From Lingula anatina (Eukaryota; Animalia; Brachiopoda), in NCBI GenBank assembly GCA_051362555.1, contig CM120642.1:31682001-31746000 (forward strand): DNA of 64,000 nucleotides, written 5' to 3'. The notes beneath the pieces are model-generated. The model searched no databases. It saw nothing but the letters and a program-made list of their open reading frames with translations, and was not told the DNA's origin. Shown here piece by piece: positions 38,460 through 52,570 of this stretch (positions are counted from its first letter, which is position 1; each line of letters begins with the position of its first letter). The position numbers and the translations under genes were made by a program.

Positions 38460-41400
38460 TTCTCTTTTCTATCTTTTTTTATTTTTAATAACTTTTGAGT
38501 CATGTCTGCCTTTTGCTATGAAAATAGAGATAGAGATATGATTTTGGCACCAAAAAGAAGCATAGCAGAAAGGCAGTTCCTTTTCTTTTTACTTAGGTCT
38601 GTATTAAATTGTAAAATTCAACTAGATTTGGTATCCATGAATAGGTTTTTAAAATATATTCAGAGATGCCATCCTTAACAAAGGATTCAGTTTGATATAT
38701 AGAATATTAACCTTCAAATTACTTTATGGACTTATATTTAGTCAACAATAATACAGTTTCTGTTGTTCGGTTGGTTCTGAAGAAAACCAGTTGAAGTTTT
38801 TCTCCCAACAAAAAAGTGCTACCTCATTATTTTCCATTTATACTTTGAATTATCCTAAGGAAAAGGTATTTATTTCAATACATGACTATATGGGGTAGAA
38901 TTATTGAACAAATCACAACTTGAAAGAGACTGTGCTAAAACTTTTGACTGTTAATTAAGCCATTGACTGTGTTTATATTATTGAATAGAATCACAACCTA
39001 AGATTTATACATATATTTATATACGTACAACATTTAGTACAAGTTACCCCAGTGTTTAAGGTCTTTGCTGCTGTGTATAGTTTTATCAAAAGTTGACCAG
39101 CATAGGGAACAAAGGGTAATTGTTACTCTTCAATTAGACAGTATTGGATTTCATTATCAATATATTAAACATAGAAATCAGTTTGGAGGTGCTCACCACA
39201 TCAATTGTATATGCCTTGTCACATTTTAAAATAAAAAAATGCAAAAAGAAGAATTGTTTCATATGGTGCTATTCCTCCCCCAGTTTTCAAATAAAAGCAT
39301 GCTTTGTGGCAATACGATATTTGGAGTGGACTGATTGTGAGCTTTGTCACAACTAACACAATACACACAACATGCAACATGCAACCTGTGAGTGTAGCAA
39401 TGCTGAATACAGATGAAACGTTGGATAGAGATAATCTTGGGAAATGTAGTAGTGATTTCAACATGTTGAAAGATTTAACTGACTAGTCCCTCATCAAGAT
39501 TTGTTAACATACAAATCCCAACCATTCTTTTTGTAACAATGTAGATTTTAGTCACTTTTAATGTTAGTTGGTATATTTAAAGTAATTAGAACCATAACAT
39601 TAATAAGAGGAGGGGTGTTAACAAAACACCGATTCTACTTCATAGGAAGTAGATTGTCCACAGCTGAGTGAAAGTTGTGAAAGTGTATCGCTTAAAGTGA
39701 TTTTTTCTTTTACTTTGCAAATGAATCTATAAGCTTTACCTATAGCATATGTAATGTTTAGGGGTTAAATATATGTTTATAGAGATACCTTTTGTATTTT
39801 GATATTTTGCTTTCAAAATTTTCACAGTTCATATGTGTGCACAGAATCGTTAAAGAAATATCTTTGAATATCTTCGAAATTTTCATGACCCTGGTAGAGG
39901 GAATATGCCCAACAATTGCTGTCCTTGTTTACACCTCCGCCCATATTATATTTAGTCAGTATTATTGCAGGTTTGCCCGACAAATTTATTTTAAGACGTC
40001 ATTTTGTTACAAACTCAAATAGAAATCCTGTCGTAGCGCATAGTATTCTGAAAATTACTAGGTGATAATTATCGTGTATGCAACTTTCTGTATTGACATC
40101 ATGGATATCAGAGAAGAACTTAGAAGGGTCCTCCCGATCCGGATGTGTAAACATATTGCCATTGAGGCACAATGAGCAGATACAGTAGTGTACAGTGACT
40201 CCGTACTTATAGCGTACAATTTTATACAGTAGAAAACCAGCTGCATGCAGAGCTATCGCTTAATATGAATTTAATCCTTTTTACCTGAAGTTTGACAAAA
40301 AATAAATAAATAAATAGCTTGTTACGACGTCTTTTCATTTGATATACGTTATGATGCAGGTATAACAGGCCAAGACAAATGTAACTTTCTTTATTAAATG
40401 TCAACCGTGCAATGTTACGAGAACACAAACTTTGGCATGCGAGACAATCTTGATAATAGGGCACTCGGTCTACATGAAACAGACATCTGACATCTTTGAT
40501 GGAGAACGTATTTAATACGTATACGCACACGATAGGTAAAGTAACTGATATTTAAAAAAATTCCTTACGTTTTTTAAATCATTTTTATAAATATTTTCAG
40601 TTTCATTTTCGATAATTTTGGCACTGTTTGTGTTAAATCAATTTCATCTAAACTTGAATACGGATACTTTCCTTCGAACATCCGTTCACGTGCACGTGTT
40701 CAGCGTTCCTTGTTGGGCTGTTTCCAACGTCCTGCCGGTAAACATGAGTTTATCACTTCCTTGATTTTCATTTTCTTATTAGAAATTTTCTAAAAAAAAG
40801 GGGTGCGCTTTAAAAACTTCCTTGTTGGTCAAGCAGAGAAGTATAACTCTACGTCAAGTTCTTGATTTAATGCAACTCGAACACAATACCAGCGAGCCTC
40901 AGGAATTCAAGACCCGTTAGACGGTTTCATTATTGTCGCATTTCTGATTAGCTTATCACAAAAATGCCAATTTCCGTGACTGAAAGTAAATTCCCATCGC
41001 AATATAGCTAAAGACAAGTATCCTACATTACAATTATACAGTTTTGAGAGCTCATTTAAGGGCAACAGACAATATTGCCTTTTAAGTTCCTTAATGAACA
41101 AACATCAAAATCTCAGCTAGCTTCCAAAATGATACAATTAAATATACTAGCACTTGGTTTCTATGAGTCCGTTGGCTTACCACCCGAAAATCTGTCTCAC
41201 GCTATCGACATCTACCTGTCTAAATGACACAATATGTCTTTGACAATCGCGATCTTGCTCTACCTGGGAAAGTTAACGCCATTCGAACACAGTTGGCCCT
41301 GTGAAGGGATTGCGCTAAGCCGACTGTCCTTCGATCTCGCTCCGCAACACCAGTCGGTGTGTATTTTGTGTCTGAAGCAAAATTACGATTGACAAAATTA

Positions 41401-42009
41401 TTTTTCGCAATCTGAGTTTTATATCTGTTCATCCTGACCAATAATATCGTATTTTTTATTAAAACCCGTGTTACGCAAAGATGTTAAAAATGGGTTATGC
41501 TTTTAAAACCACCGTCACTTTAAATAAAAAATCTGTATTTTGTCAGATATGTTGAATTAATCACATCTTAATGAATCTCATAACTACCCCCTTCTTCTTT
41601 ATCCCCAATTTCATGGACATTTTGTGAAATTATAAATTTTACATTTCTTTTCATTTGATAATGGGTTTGGTGTGTTGCAATCCACCAGCAGATATGTGGG
41701 GTGTTGTTCATTTCATAACAGTTAGACATATCAATACCCACAATATATTACAAAACACAGGTGAGTTGGTCAGTTCATACAAAGGGTCATCTTGTCTTAC
41801 TACAGCAGTGACAGTCACTCCCGGCCATTCAATCTCAGTGATCGCGCCATTAAGCACTCCATCAAAAGACGCGACGGACCTCAGGTCGGAAATGATGAGT
41901 AAAGCCCTCATAACGCAGGGAAGTAGCCGCGGCCACTCCTGTCTCGCAGAAATGATGAATGAACAAAACTTTTGTGAAAAATTACCGGGTCACATCTGTC
42001 ATTAATATG

Positions 42010-42220
42010 AATCAGCTGCTGACCGGCCTTAAACTATTGTGGAGCTATATTTAACTGCGGCCCACTGTACCGGCGCGATCAGCTGTTGCGGAGTATAAAA
42101 CCGGAGCACGTTTAACTTCGCCGTGCATTACCGCGGCTTCTACGACAGGTTTTACACTGCATGATTCTGGTCGATTTAACTCCTCTAGCTGTTACAGGAG
42201 AAACAAAAACTAAAACTGAG
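42010..42220 (+). promoter_or_regulatory. TATA promoter and non-coding first exon of secreted peptide gene A
   Basis: E-boxes cagctg at 42013 and 42080, MEF2-like ctatatttaa at 42045, tataaaa at 42094-42100, and a perfect donor GAG|GTAAGT at 42221. Confidence 0.7.
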
Positions 42221-42985
42221 GTAAGTCTGTTTGTAAAGAAGGTTTTATCCAAAATGTATAAATCTAATGAAAATTTCTAGAGCTTGTGAAAAAAAAAAAA
42301 AAAAAAAAGACTTTCGATTCGAAAAATCTGCCAGAAATGGAAAGCCATTGCCAGCTGCAATTCGATTTGAATTGAATATTAAGAGAGACATTTCTGAACA
42401 CTGACATTCTAAGCTAAAAGACTGCCTTAAGAAGAAAATAAAAAAGGAGAGAGCGCATCAATAATCTGTGCTGTCAAGGGTATTTGTAGAGTGTGCTAAA
42501 ATCTCTATGAAAACCAACACCGACAAGAAACAGCTAATGTGTAGACGTCGTCCTGATTAACATTATGTGTTTTGTCCTATTTGACTGAGTGCGTGGGGAA
42601 ATTACAAGCCTTATTATTATAATTGTTACCGGATTATTAATTGTCGTAATTAACTGCGAGTTACCAATGCATTATTAAACGGAAATATCGAACGTGCTTG
42701 GGTATATTACAACTATTGGTAATGATATACCCTCGTTCAAACTTAAGCAAGTGCCCATTCTAGTATTTTTAATTCTGTATATTTCAAAAAATTGGATATT
42801 ATATGAAAAAATATATCGGTATTGCTACACCGGTGAATAGGACCTAATCTATCCTCATACAAACTTGAAGAAACTTTCATTTTAAATTTCTAAGTCTGAC
42901 GAATCGGGTGTGATATTGATGACTTGTAAATAGGCATTTCTCACAGATTTTGTAAATCTGCTTCTTTTCTTTTTCTTGCAGAAAG

Positions 42986-43542
42986 ATGAACAAGCAAACA
43001 AGTGCATTTATCGTCCTCGCCATTGTTTTCTGCCTACTGGTCTTCTCTTCCGCTGGCCCGGTGAGAAGAAACGTGGAGAGCAACCTGGAGAATGTTGTCG
43101 TACGTGCAGTCGAAAAAGGTGTGATAAAAATAAAAGTTCAAAATGAAAACAAACAAACATGAACCTATGTTCTCAAGCTGACTGCTAAACCGCTCACGGT
43201 GTCAAACTCGTTCCATGAAACAATCTCAACCTGCGGCGTACTCAAACATTATACAGAAATTGATCGTGGACTGAATGACGTTTCTGTTTTTTCCTGTAGT
43301 ATTTTTTATATTTTAAAGCTATTATCTCATCGTGCTCTTTATTATCGTTTTTCTTACTTAAAATAAATTCTGTTGTTTCTTTTGCAGCCAACGAGTCCGC
43401 CTTGGGTTCGCACTCCAACAAGGTGAAAAGATTTAGTCCAGCGCACGCTTTTCTTACCAGAGTTATCATCAGCCGACCCTGTCGCCGAAAACCCTGTCCT
43501 ACGAAGGAAAGAAGCAAACCTTCTTACTCTTCAGATATGTAA
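42986..43542 (+). CDS. Uncharacterised 95-aa secreted pre-pro-peptide (gene A); absent from the ORF track
   Basis: Exons 42986-43118 and 43388-43542, phase-1 GT-AG: MNKQTSAFIVLAIVFCLLVFSSA-GPVRRNVESNLENVVVRAVEKANESALGSHSNKVKR-FSPAHAFLTRVIISRPCRRKPCPTKERSKPSYSSDM*. It has a signal peptide, a dibasic cleavage site and AATAAA at ~43967. Confidence 0.8.
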
Positions 43543-43656
43543 AGATATTTTGATGTCGAAGGTGTGATTGTGTGCAATGTCATTCTCTTCGATAATAGCA
43601 GAGATTGCCAATGATGGCATCCACGTCAAATAAGGTTTTTGCCCGGTTTGTGTTCT

Positions 43657-43692
<36 letters not shown>

Positions 43693-45598
43693 ACAAGCCG
43701 CACAAATCTTAAATCTACTTGCACAGATCTCATTTAAGGAATTTCCTGGACACGTTATGACAGGAAGGATAAAGCATTTTTAGATATGGTGTGGAGAAAT
43801 CCAGAATACTGACGGTTAAATGTCTCTCATATTTTTATGAATCTATTTTGGAATATATCTAAGAAGCGCAGAGGTTGTATAAAAACTTCATAGTCATTAT
43901 TTATGCTGACTGTACATTCCATTTTACTGAAGTTTTTGACGTATGATCTTTTAAATTAATTTAAATAATAAATATAATATAATTATTTATGTGTCTGTTT
44001 TAACAGACTTATTGTAAATTATGTGATATGGTCATGGCTGTTCAAATAACGTGACTGAATTATTTTCGTATCTTGCAAAATAAAATTTTCCCCATGATAA
44101 TGTAAGGGTTATTTGTTATCGATATTCACAATATACTGTACATTTGATAATACCAAACGTAATTTCACTTCGCTGAATACATTTCCACGATGAGTTGTAC
44201 GTAATTTGTCGTATTTAACAGTCAATTATAAAGTCGGCAATTCCGGAAATTACTTTAAGGACACACGTCCTCATGGCTGGCGGAACTCTACGGTATCAAG
44301 GCCTCTTTCCGCAGAGCTCTTCTGGTGCAACTCAATATCCTATTTTTCTGAAATTTGAGCCAAATCTAATTTTTCTGGATGAAGAGCAATTTACTCCTAC
44401 TATTAGGGAATCTTTATTAGGCCCATCCCTGCACTGGGATATCATTTCTAATGACATGTAAGTGGTTTAGCTCTAGGTGTCTGATCGCCAAAGTCTTCCT
44501 GAAGGAAATATCGACATTTTTTACCCTATCTGGTGTTTTTTCTGCTTAGACAAACGAGAAATGTATACTTTTAAAACGAACTTGAAACGTCATCGGCGAA
44601 CACCTGGCGTTTTAATTATCGGGGCTTAATGGCATACCTGGTGCACTGTTATAATACACTTATGTTCTGCTCAGGCAGCGGATGCACACGAAGGGGGAGG
44701 TGTGGTAAGGCTTGGCTGTCACCTCGATCGGTTGATAAATCAAAGGACACATTCAGAACCCGTTGACCCGCGAAATAACTAGTCTCGGTGCGCATGCTTC
44801 TTTGTGCGTTGAAATGGCTTTCTCGGACGCATTTTAAAATGCGACTGCTGAGACACTCGAGGAAACATTCCGTCGCATTATAATGTGGAGAGCTGGCACA
44901 GCAGAGGAAGTGCAAACAAATGTGCGTGCAAAGGATCATCTCTGTAGCAATCTTGTGCAACAGGGGCCTTAATCATATGGTATAGCCTCAAGTGGACCAT
45001 CATTTAGAATATGAGACTGCACCAAGTGACACGTACAAGGATGTCTTCACTTGTTTTATATTTTATTATTCCGTTTTGGTGTCTGCCCTCTTTACTTTAC
45101 CATGCAAATGCCTTTCGTGAAAGTTATTTTTCTGGAGAACGTTTTCGGATATTTTTCATACATATTCTGTGTGTTAAACAGTATCACATGGTCATATGCA
45201 GCGCACAGCTTTAATACTTTACAATATAAAAATGCATCTTGTACCTACCAAACACGACAAAACACCAAACAGTAAAGAAAAAATAGAAAGAAGGAGAGAA
45301 AGAAAGACAAAACGCTGCCATAGGCCTATTGCATAATTTTAGAGCCGTTCTTTCTTTCTTTTTTATGTCTTTTGAAGCGGATTGTTTAGACTTTTTGTAC
45401 TAAATCTGCCAAAATGTGAAGTTCGTGCTTTATAGTAATGGACTGTTAATGTATAGTTATCATGATATCGTTACTGAGGAAAAGGGCAGGGTCGTGTTAT
45501 CAAAGTGCCCTCATAACTTTTTACATGCAAACTTCACATCTTTTTTCTTATTAACTTGCATTCCAGCGATGGACTTGTCCGAACGCCCCAGCAGCGTC

Positions 45599-45690
45599 GG
45601 CTCCGTGGCGCAATTGGATAGCGCGTCGGACTTCTAGATGGATAGTTGCAAGTTATTCGGAGGCTGTGGGTTCGAGTCCCACCGGAGTCG
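45599..45690 (+). tRNA. tRNA-Arg: tRNA-Arg(TCT) with 18-nt intron (45637-45654)
   Basis: GGCTCCGTGGCGCAATTGGATAGCGCGTCGGAC-TTCTA-[intron]-ATTCGGAGGCTGTGGGTTCGAGTCCCACCGGAGTCG. The cloverleaf, A and B boxes, and Pol III T-run at 45695 are intact. Confidence 0.96.
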
Positions 45691-48600
45691 AATGTTTTTG
45701 ATATTATTTTAGATTATAAAACATTCACAAACACTCATCCACGCTTGTAGTCCATAAGGAGTCCCTCGATATCGTCTCAAACCATTTCCTTTTTCGTGAG
45801 TGTGATTTCTATTAAGAGATTTTGCTAATCTAATAGAGTTTGAAGGGACTGGCTAGGTTGCTTGGCAGTACCATAGAAGTAAAATCAGAAGCAATCTTTA
45901 CCAGAAAATTACCTGGCACCAGACTGTGGTACTAATTGCTGTGATTTAATAGGCGATCAAATGGTGTTTTAACTATTAAAATAGTCGTTCAGGTGGAGGG
46001 GGTTCTGTATAAAATCTGTAATGAGTCTTTCTACCCCAAAACGCTGAGCTGTTACGCCATCAGCTCGAGTAAGCAAATTGACTCCGATGTATTTTTTGCT
46101 GCGTCAGAATTATGGCATAACATGTTAATGTTTATTCCTGCACTATATAAGCGGATATGGACAATTTTTCTAATGCATCGATCCCCTTAAATAACTTAAT
46201 CATGAGTCAAAATGCATTGAAATTATTGTCATAAAATTAGCATCACCTTTATAGTGTAGTTGGGCCAAGACTTTTGAAATGTGAATGTTTTAACTCTAAA
46301 GTGTTTACTTACTGAGAGCAAAGTTGAAGTTTTTGTATTCCAGTGTTTTCTGAAAACGTGCCAGATTACGCGCGCCTACATGTCGCGTCAACACGGATGT
46401 ATTTTAATTGTGTAAATTGTACACGGTCTAAGACTGGGTTCCCATACCTAGATCGATCTAATAGGATAGATCCATCTCCGAGGGGTTTCTCGCTAAATTG
46501 TTTTCAGCTTATATTAAGCGGCTTAGATGTCTGGCACGCCTACTGGAACTGGTAAACGATAATTAATTACCCCCTAGCAGCTCCAGTAGGCGTGACACAC
46601 GTCTATTTGATTGCAAATTAGCGAGAATCCCCTTGGAGATAGATCGATCCACAGTTAGTACGATATGGTCTGGGAATGGTCCCTAAAAAGGAAATAGGAT
46701 GGTATCAAATTACAGAAATCAAGGCCTGACGAGTGCTTTTTGGGTCATAAACAATTTTATCATCCTTTCGGCTGGCTTTCACATAATAACCCACCACATA
46801 TGTAAACACAATTTAACTGACAATCAAAATTGCAAAGAATACGCTTCGAGATATATTATTTATTTTTTCCTCGGCTGACACTGATGACCAGTGATAAAAA
46901 TGTTCCTTAACTGTTATACAGCAACCCCAAGATTCTACGCCTTCCATTTCTCATTGTGATCATAATTTTCAGGAAAAGGCAAAAAATGCACTGCATTTAC
47001 TCTTATTGCCAAGTGAGAATAATACAGTGTAAAATTGTTAAAGCAGAATTTCAACATGACAGTGATCTCGAACTTTTTGCCGGCAATCGGCCATGTAATC
47101 GAGTTAACCGAATTAAGCTATGGTGATATACAAAACTGACAACGAGTAGCCATGTACTAGAACACGTTGGAATTGACATCATCATCTTCAAGGAATGCAA
47201 GCATTGTTCTATAGATATGCAATGAATGCCAATGCGTCATCACACTCTTCCCCTCCCCCCTCCCCCCTTTCCATCCTAATAGCAGAACACTGCCGTGTGC
47301 ACTAAGACTAAGAAAAATACCAAAATTAGGGGGACGGGAAAAACGGCGCAGTTACAAGAACGAAAATAAATGGAAACGAAAGGGAACTGTGTTTTTAATA
47401 AGAAAATAATTAGTTGCCCATCGAACATTCTTCGCACAAATGCGCTATACAAGGAGTGCATTCGTAACTCACTGGTTGTTTCATGAATGCATTCATGAAT
47501 GGTGAGTAACATTACAAAGTACAAAGAAAACACCGCGGTGCCTGCTCACGTAACGAAACCAGGCTATCTCGGGTGTCCGACGACCCGAACTTGTTTACCG
47601 TTAGTTACTGCACGCGGGTATTTTTGTCTCCTCAACCTGTTTACCACAGCATACATATACGGTCTGTAAATAAGGCACACGGTCATTTGATTCCACATGC
47701 CACGTACGGACTTGCAATCTAAAGAACAGTGAACATATATGCGCTGAAGTATATGAGCACTTGAGAAATTTGGAGATTTTAAGAAAATTCATTTACTGCA
47801 CAGAATTACCGGTCGTTCCCCTTCGCCGCACGGTCTCTGGACGTCAAAACAAGGCTAACCTAGGTCAAACATGTGTTCGCAAAGAAAACGAGGTAAATTG
47901 TGTGCCTGAGTATGCATGAGCCTGTGTGTTTGTGTGTGTGTGTGTGTGCATACGTACAAAGTGATTAAATATAAAGCACCCTGAGTCTAGGATTTTTCAT
48001 GGTAACTTAGAATACCCTCTCCGTTGTCGTTCAGCTTGGAAATGACATTAATTGATGTATTTTCACTATACAGTATACTTCAGGTGAGTTTCAAATAAAA
48101 TCAAGGCAGCAAGTTTTGCCTGGCATTTTTAGCTAATTTAGGTGCAAATTGTTGGATATAGCGCTGCTTTTTTATGGAATTTTTTAAAAAATGTCGTTCT
48201 TGCAGCACTAAACAGCTATTTCACAAACGAAAGTTTTTATACTTAGGTGCATGGAATCTTCCTGGAGTGAGTAGTACCTTTATACCTTTATAACTTCTTA
48301 AAACCTCTGTTACACAGGGCCTGGGATCTCTTTAGGAAAGATTTTTTGCTCGAACCTTCAAAGTTGGGAATTGACAAAATTTGAAAGGCAGCGTCAACTT
48401 TATACGTCAGTGTTAAGGAACTTTAAAAATTGCAGTCTTTTCTTCTATTACATATTTAAATTTGTGAGCGAGGACCAAGCCCGATGGAACAGGGGCTTAG
48501 CTTTGCCATGCTTATAGATTCTCGTGCCCAGTCCACGTATTAATCAAAGGTGTATGGGGTGACGGTGTCGCAAACCTCTTGGGTGTTAATGTCACCAGTG

Positions 48601-51600
48601 CAGTTGCATTGCGGTCTCAACACATGACGAGTCTGTTAGTTTTATACGCGTGTAATTTAGGTATCATTTCACCATGTCCCCAGCACAGATTAACGACACT
48701 GATACTTCCCAGCCGTGTGCAGTCTAATCTATAAGTTGAAACCATTAGAATTATAATCAAAATTTGAGTCACATAACTATTTTAAAAGTCTTGACTTTCT
48801 TTCTTTTTATCCATCCTCTATCCTATAAGCTGTTTGAATAAGATATTGCGTAGCCATCCTGTCTTCAGGGATCAAAAATGAAAACGTTTCCGAAATGTTG
48901 GAAAAAAACAAGCACGAAAATGACGACCAGGGGAATTGCAAACGATTTAATCTATATGGGTTCTGTTTACTTGTTGTCTATTACCTTGCTTACGTTTTCT
49001 TTTCACTAGAATTGAGTGACCGTAATATGACTAATTTATGACCAGTGAAAGATATTCATCAAAAATAACTTGCATTACAAAGCATTTACCATGGGACCGA
49101 AACTAGATCGGTAACATTACTGTAGGCTGTTTATAACGGATATGAATAATGATAATGAATATTATTAAAATGGTAGCGTAGTGAGTCACAACCTGTTTTA
49201 GATCTCTGAATCTTCATTCATGAAGGAGGAGGGGGAGGGGGGTGGGGCGGGGAGAGAAAGGTGGATCAACAGTGCCGTCCCCCGTCAAACCAGGTCTCGC
49301 TCTTTTTGCCTGCCGTTACAGTGCCGTTTTCCTCTAAATGCGCAGTTTTCAGTTTATCAGGGTTATCAACATCAACATAGAAGATCTCAAGCTACATAAA
49401 TACATTTTTTGTGATATTATTAACGATAGAAAACATCTGAAAGAAAAAGAATAGGAAAAACAGGCAGGGTATACTGGTATGCTTAGAGTTTGCATTTTAC
49501 AACCAGTTGATAGAATTATTATACATTGCAAAAAGATTTAACTTTAGGAGTACTATGTAATTCTGTATGAACGAGTTAGCAGTATATACAATCCGTTGTA
49601 TGACGACATACTTGGTACTTGTTGCATCTAGAATTTACATAATGTCTGAGGTAGGGATTAGATGACGTGCAGTCTTGTTGTAACTTGTTTACGAGTTCAC
49701 GGATTGTAGCTTTAGCCTCAGTTATGAAAATAAAAACGGCCACCCGCATTACTGCAAGGGGTACGTACTATTCAGATAAGCTTTAGGCATAAAACGCTTG
49801 TAGCAATCAAGTCAGGTCCTATGGCAAAAACATACTACAATATCCTTGCTCGGACCTCAAATTGATGTCTGCCACCGTGAAGGACATCCATTGTAAAATA
49901 TCCCCGTCAACAAGGCAATGACTCCGATGACCGCTGCGACCGCCATATCCTTGGAGAGGTTCTAATTTCTGATGACACATATTTGTCATCCAGGTCAGCA
50001 GTACTCTGTTAAGTAAAGTAAAGACGATACCTCCCTGATAAAGATTTTACATATTATTGAAGGAAGCTAAATTTAGAAAGAGGGTTTGGTGAGAACTCGC
50101 GGACCCTGCACCACTGGCCTAAAGATCACTTACATCGGGGGAAAAAAACTTGGAAAAAAATCCAATATATTATTAACGACGTAGTTACTCCGACATCGCC
50201 CATGTTAAAGGAAAAGGGGGGGGGGGGGGTAAGGGTTTGAAGTTCATGAAGGAGGATAACTGTATTATATCTCCCAGTGTGCTGCCAGCTATAAGTGTAC
50301 GCGGCTGTACGCAAGTTACGATTTGCGTATCCAGGTACGCCTGTACGGACTTCCATTAGGAACGTTCTACGTATCCAGGTAGCTGTACGCACTCATGTCA
50401 GTGAAGTTCTGGTTTGAATGTAACCACTTGTATCATTGGCGTATAACGAATAAAAGAGCAATTGCACATGTCAGCCGTTGAAGACTTTATTTATAAAATA
50501 CAGTGTATATGAATAGGCAAAATACCTATTGCAATTGTTTCAATATAAGATATTTAAGATTTTAATTTTGGGGATATAAATTCTAAAAATTGACAGTGAA
50601 AATTAAAAATGAGGCGAAATAATTGACCGGACTGTGCCTGAGATCCCACCCTTAATTATTTTTGGTATCGAACCACAGAGTTTTGTAATACAGTAGCTCA
50701 AGGTTGCTCTCTCCCTGTCAATTCAACAACACCTGATAGCGCGCTTCTTTGGTCCTCCATATCTCGCAAGGTGATGCTATAGGATGTATCTTAATATAGC
50801 ACAAAATGGGCTGATCTCCTGTCCTTGAACCTATACGGACGGTCTCCCCCTCACCCTCTTACCCCCCCCCCCCCCCCCCCCTCTCTCTCTTTTTCTCTCT
50901 CCGACTTCTTAAACTGTATGCTATGGATTAGTCATTGTTCTGATTTGAACGCGTGATTGACATGAATTTAGTTCTGTATTTCTCTTCTTGAGGGATGGAT
51001 GCGCGTCGAATTAGCTGCTTTGAATTTCGAACACGTCTCGTACTAATTTCTACTTTCTAAGCACCATTATATTCTTTTTGAAGAGCCCTGTCATACGAAG
51101 ATAAAGCAAGTCCCAAATAAACTGATACTTTTCTTCATTTTTTTTCTTCAAGCTACAAAACAAAGTCGCACAGGTAAAACCTGAAGATAATTCCCCAACG
51201 CATGATACAATTAAGCAGGCCTATGTCACAGATATATATCACGTTTCGTTTACACTTGTATCCGACCCAAGAGGGTCGTCTTGATAGATCAGTCAAACGT
51301 GCAGGGGAGAACATTGGCCTGTTTACAGAGATTCTGACCCTATCTAGGACATTAAGTTGATCTTTGTCAGGTCCTCAAACTGCAGCGGTGCCAAAACACC
51401 GCTGACTTGAATAGCTCATTTAAGATTGCATTTACCTCGGCACTGTCAAGGTCACAACGACCTACACGCACCGGTAGCCTACATGTATGTGAGTATTCCT
51501 TACATGTGCTCGCAGGATCCTTAAGTCTGGTGATTTTTTCCGTGTACACTGCATTGCTATTTTTTTCAGTTTTAACTCGATAGTGTTGGTTTGTTTAGCT

Positions 51601-52179
51601 AAACACTTAAATACGCAACTCGCTTTAAAAATATTTTTTACAAAAACAAAAGCTCTCGTTTTTCAAGCTTTTTGAGAGAATGTTGTTTATTGTAAATACT
51701 GGTAGCTAAAATGTAAGAACACTATCTTGTGATGAAACAAGTAAGAGTGAAGAAGTCAAGCTTCTCTGTGTGTGGCACGTGCTGCTATCGAAAGAAAATC
51801 CAAGCAAGAATCTTTCCTCTAGACCACCCTGTGCGTGTGCAGGTCGTATGCATTATTACACTGTACGTCTAATTCATTATGGACTTTCATAAGTTTACAG
51901 ACATATGGTTTTTTCTCATATTTATCACCTGCATTCCTCGTTTTCTCGAAGCTCTTGAAAATTCTTTACAGGTAAACATATGGGCCAATATTCACTACCG
52001 ATATATATAATACTAGTAGTTCTAGGTTCGGCACGAGTCCTGATGACGACACAGAAAAACAGCTGATCAAGAGTTCCGTTCCGAACCTTAGCATACAATC
52101 AGCCATCCAAATAAGCAGATTAGTCACGTTATAATAGTGATAACAACAAGAAAATGCCGTCGTATTCACTGCAGCCAAG

Positions 52180-52570
52180 TGCTATATTTAGTTAAGGTAG
52201 GGTCTTGATACGAACTATGAAGTATACTGAATTTTACGTTAGACTGATTAAAGAGAACGATGATTGGTTAAGTCGGCCCACGCCCCCAGGGCAAATTAGC
52301 AGCTCACGTGACGAATTTAACCATATTTGGGGATACTCAGTGGCGTGATAAATCGCTATTTTGTCAGTTTCAGGTGCGCTATATCCAAACCCTCTCTATT
52401 TTGTGGTTGGGCCTATTATTATAATGACAATAACTTTTGTCCATGCTCCGTTATAAGCCGCAACTTTCAAATCCCCGTCCCTTCCCTCCAGCAGCGCTAG
52501 CCCGGCTGACACTGGTCTCCTAACCGTCCCCAGCCTCTCCATCCAGCACGAGAAGCCGGTTAAACTAAAG
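52180..52570 (+). promoter_or_regulatory. Candidate promoter and non-coding first exon of secreted peptide gene B
   Basis: MEF2 ctatatttag 52182, CCAAT (attgg) 52263, GC box 52278, tcacgtgacg 52304, CArG ccatatttgg 52321-52330, ttataa 52451 and donor AAG|GTAGGC at 52571. The link to gene B is inferred. Confidence 0.45.

Noticed and set aside
50295-50392. Short repeats (tgtacgc / cgtatccaggta)
   Set aside because: Probably a MITE interior fragment; no ends could be defined.
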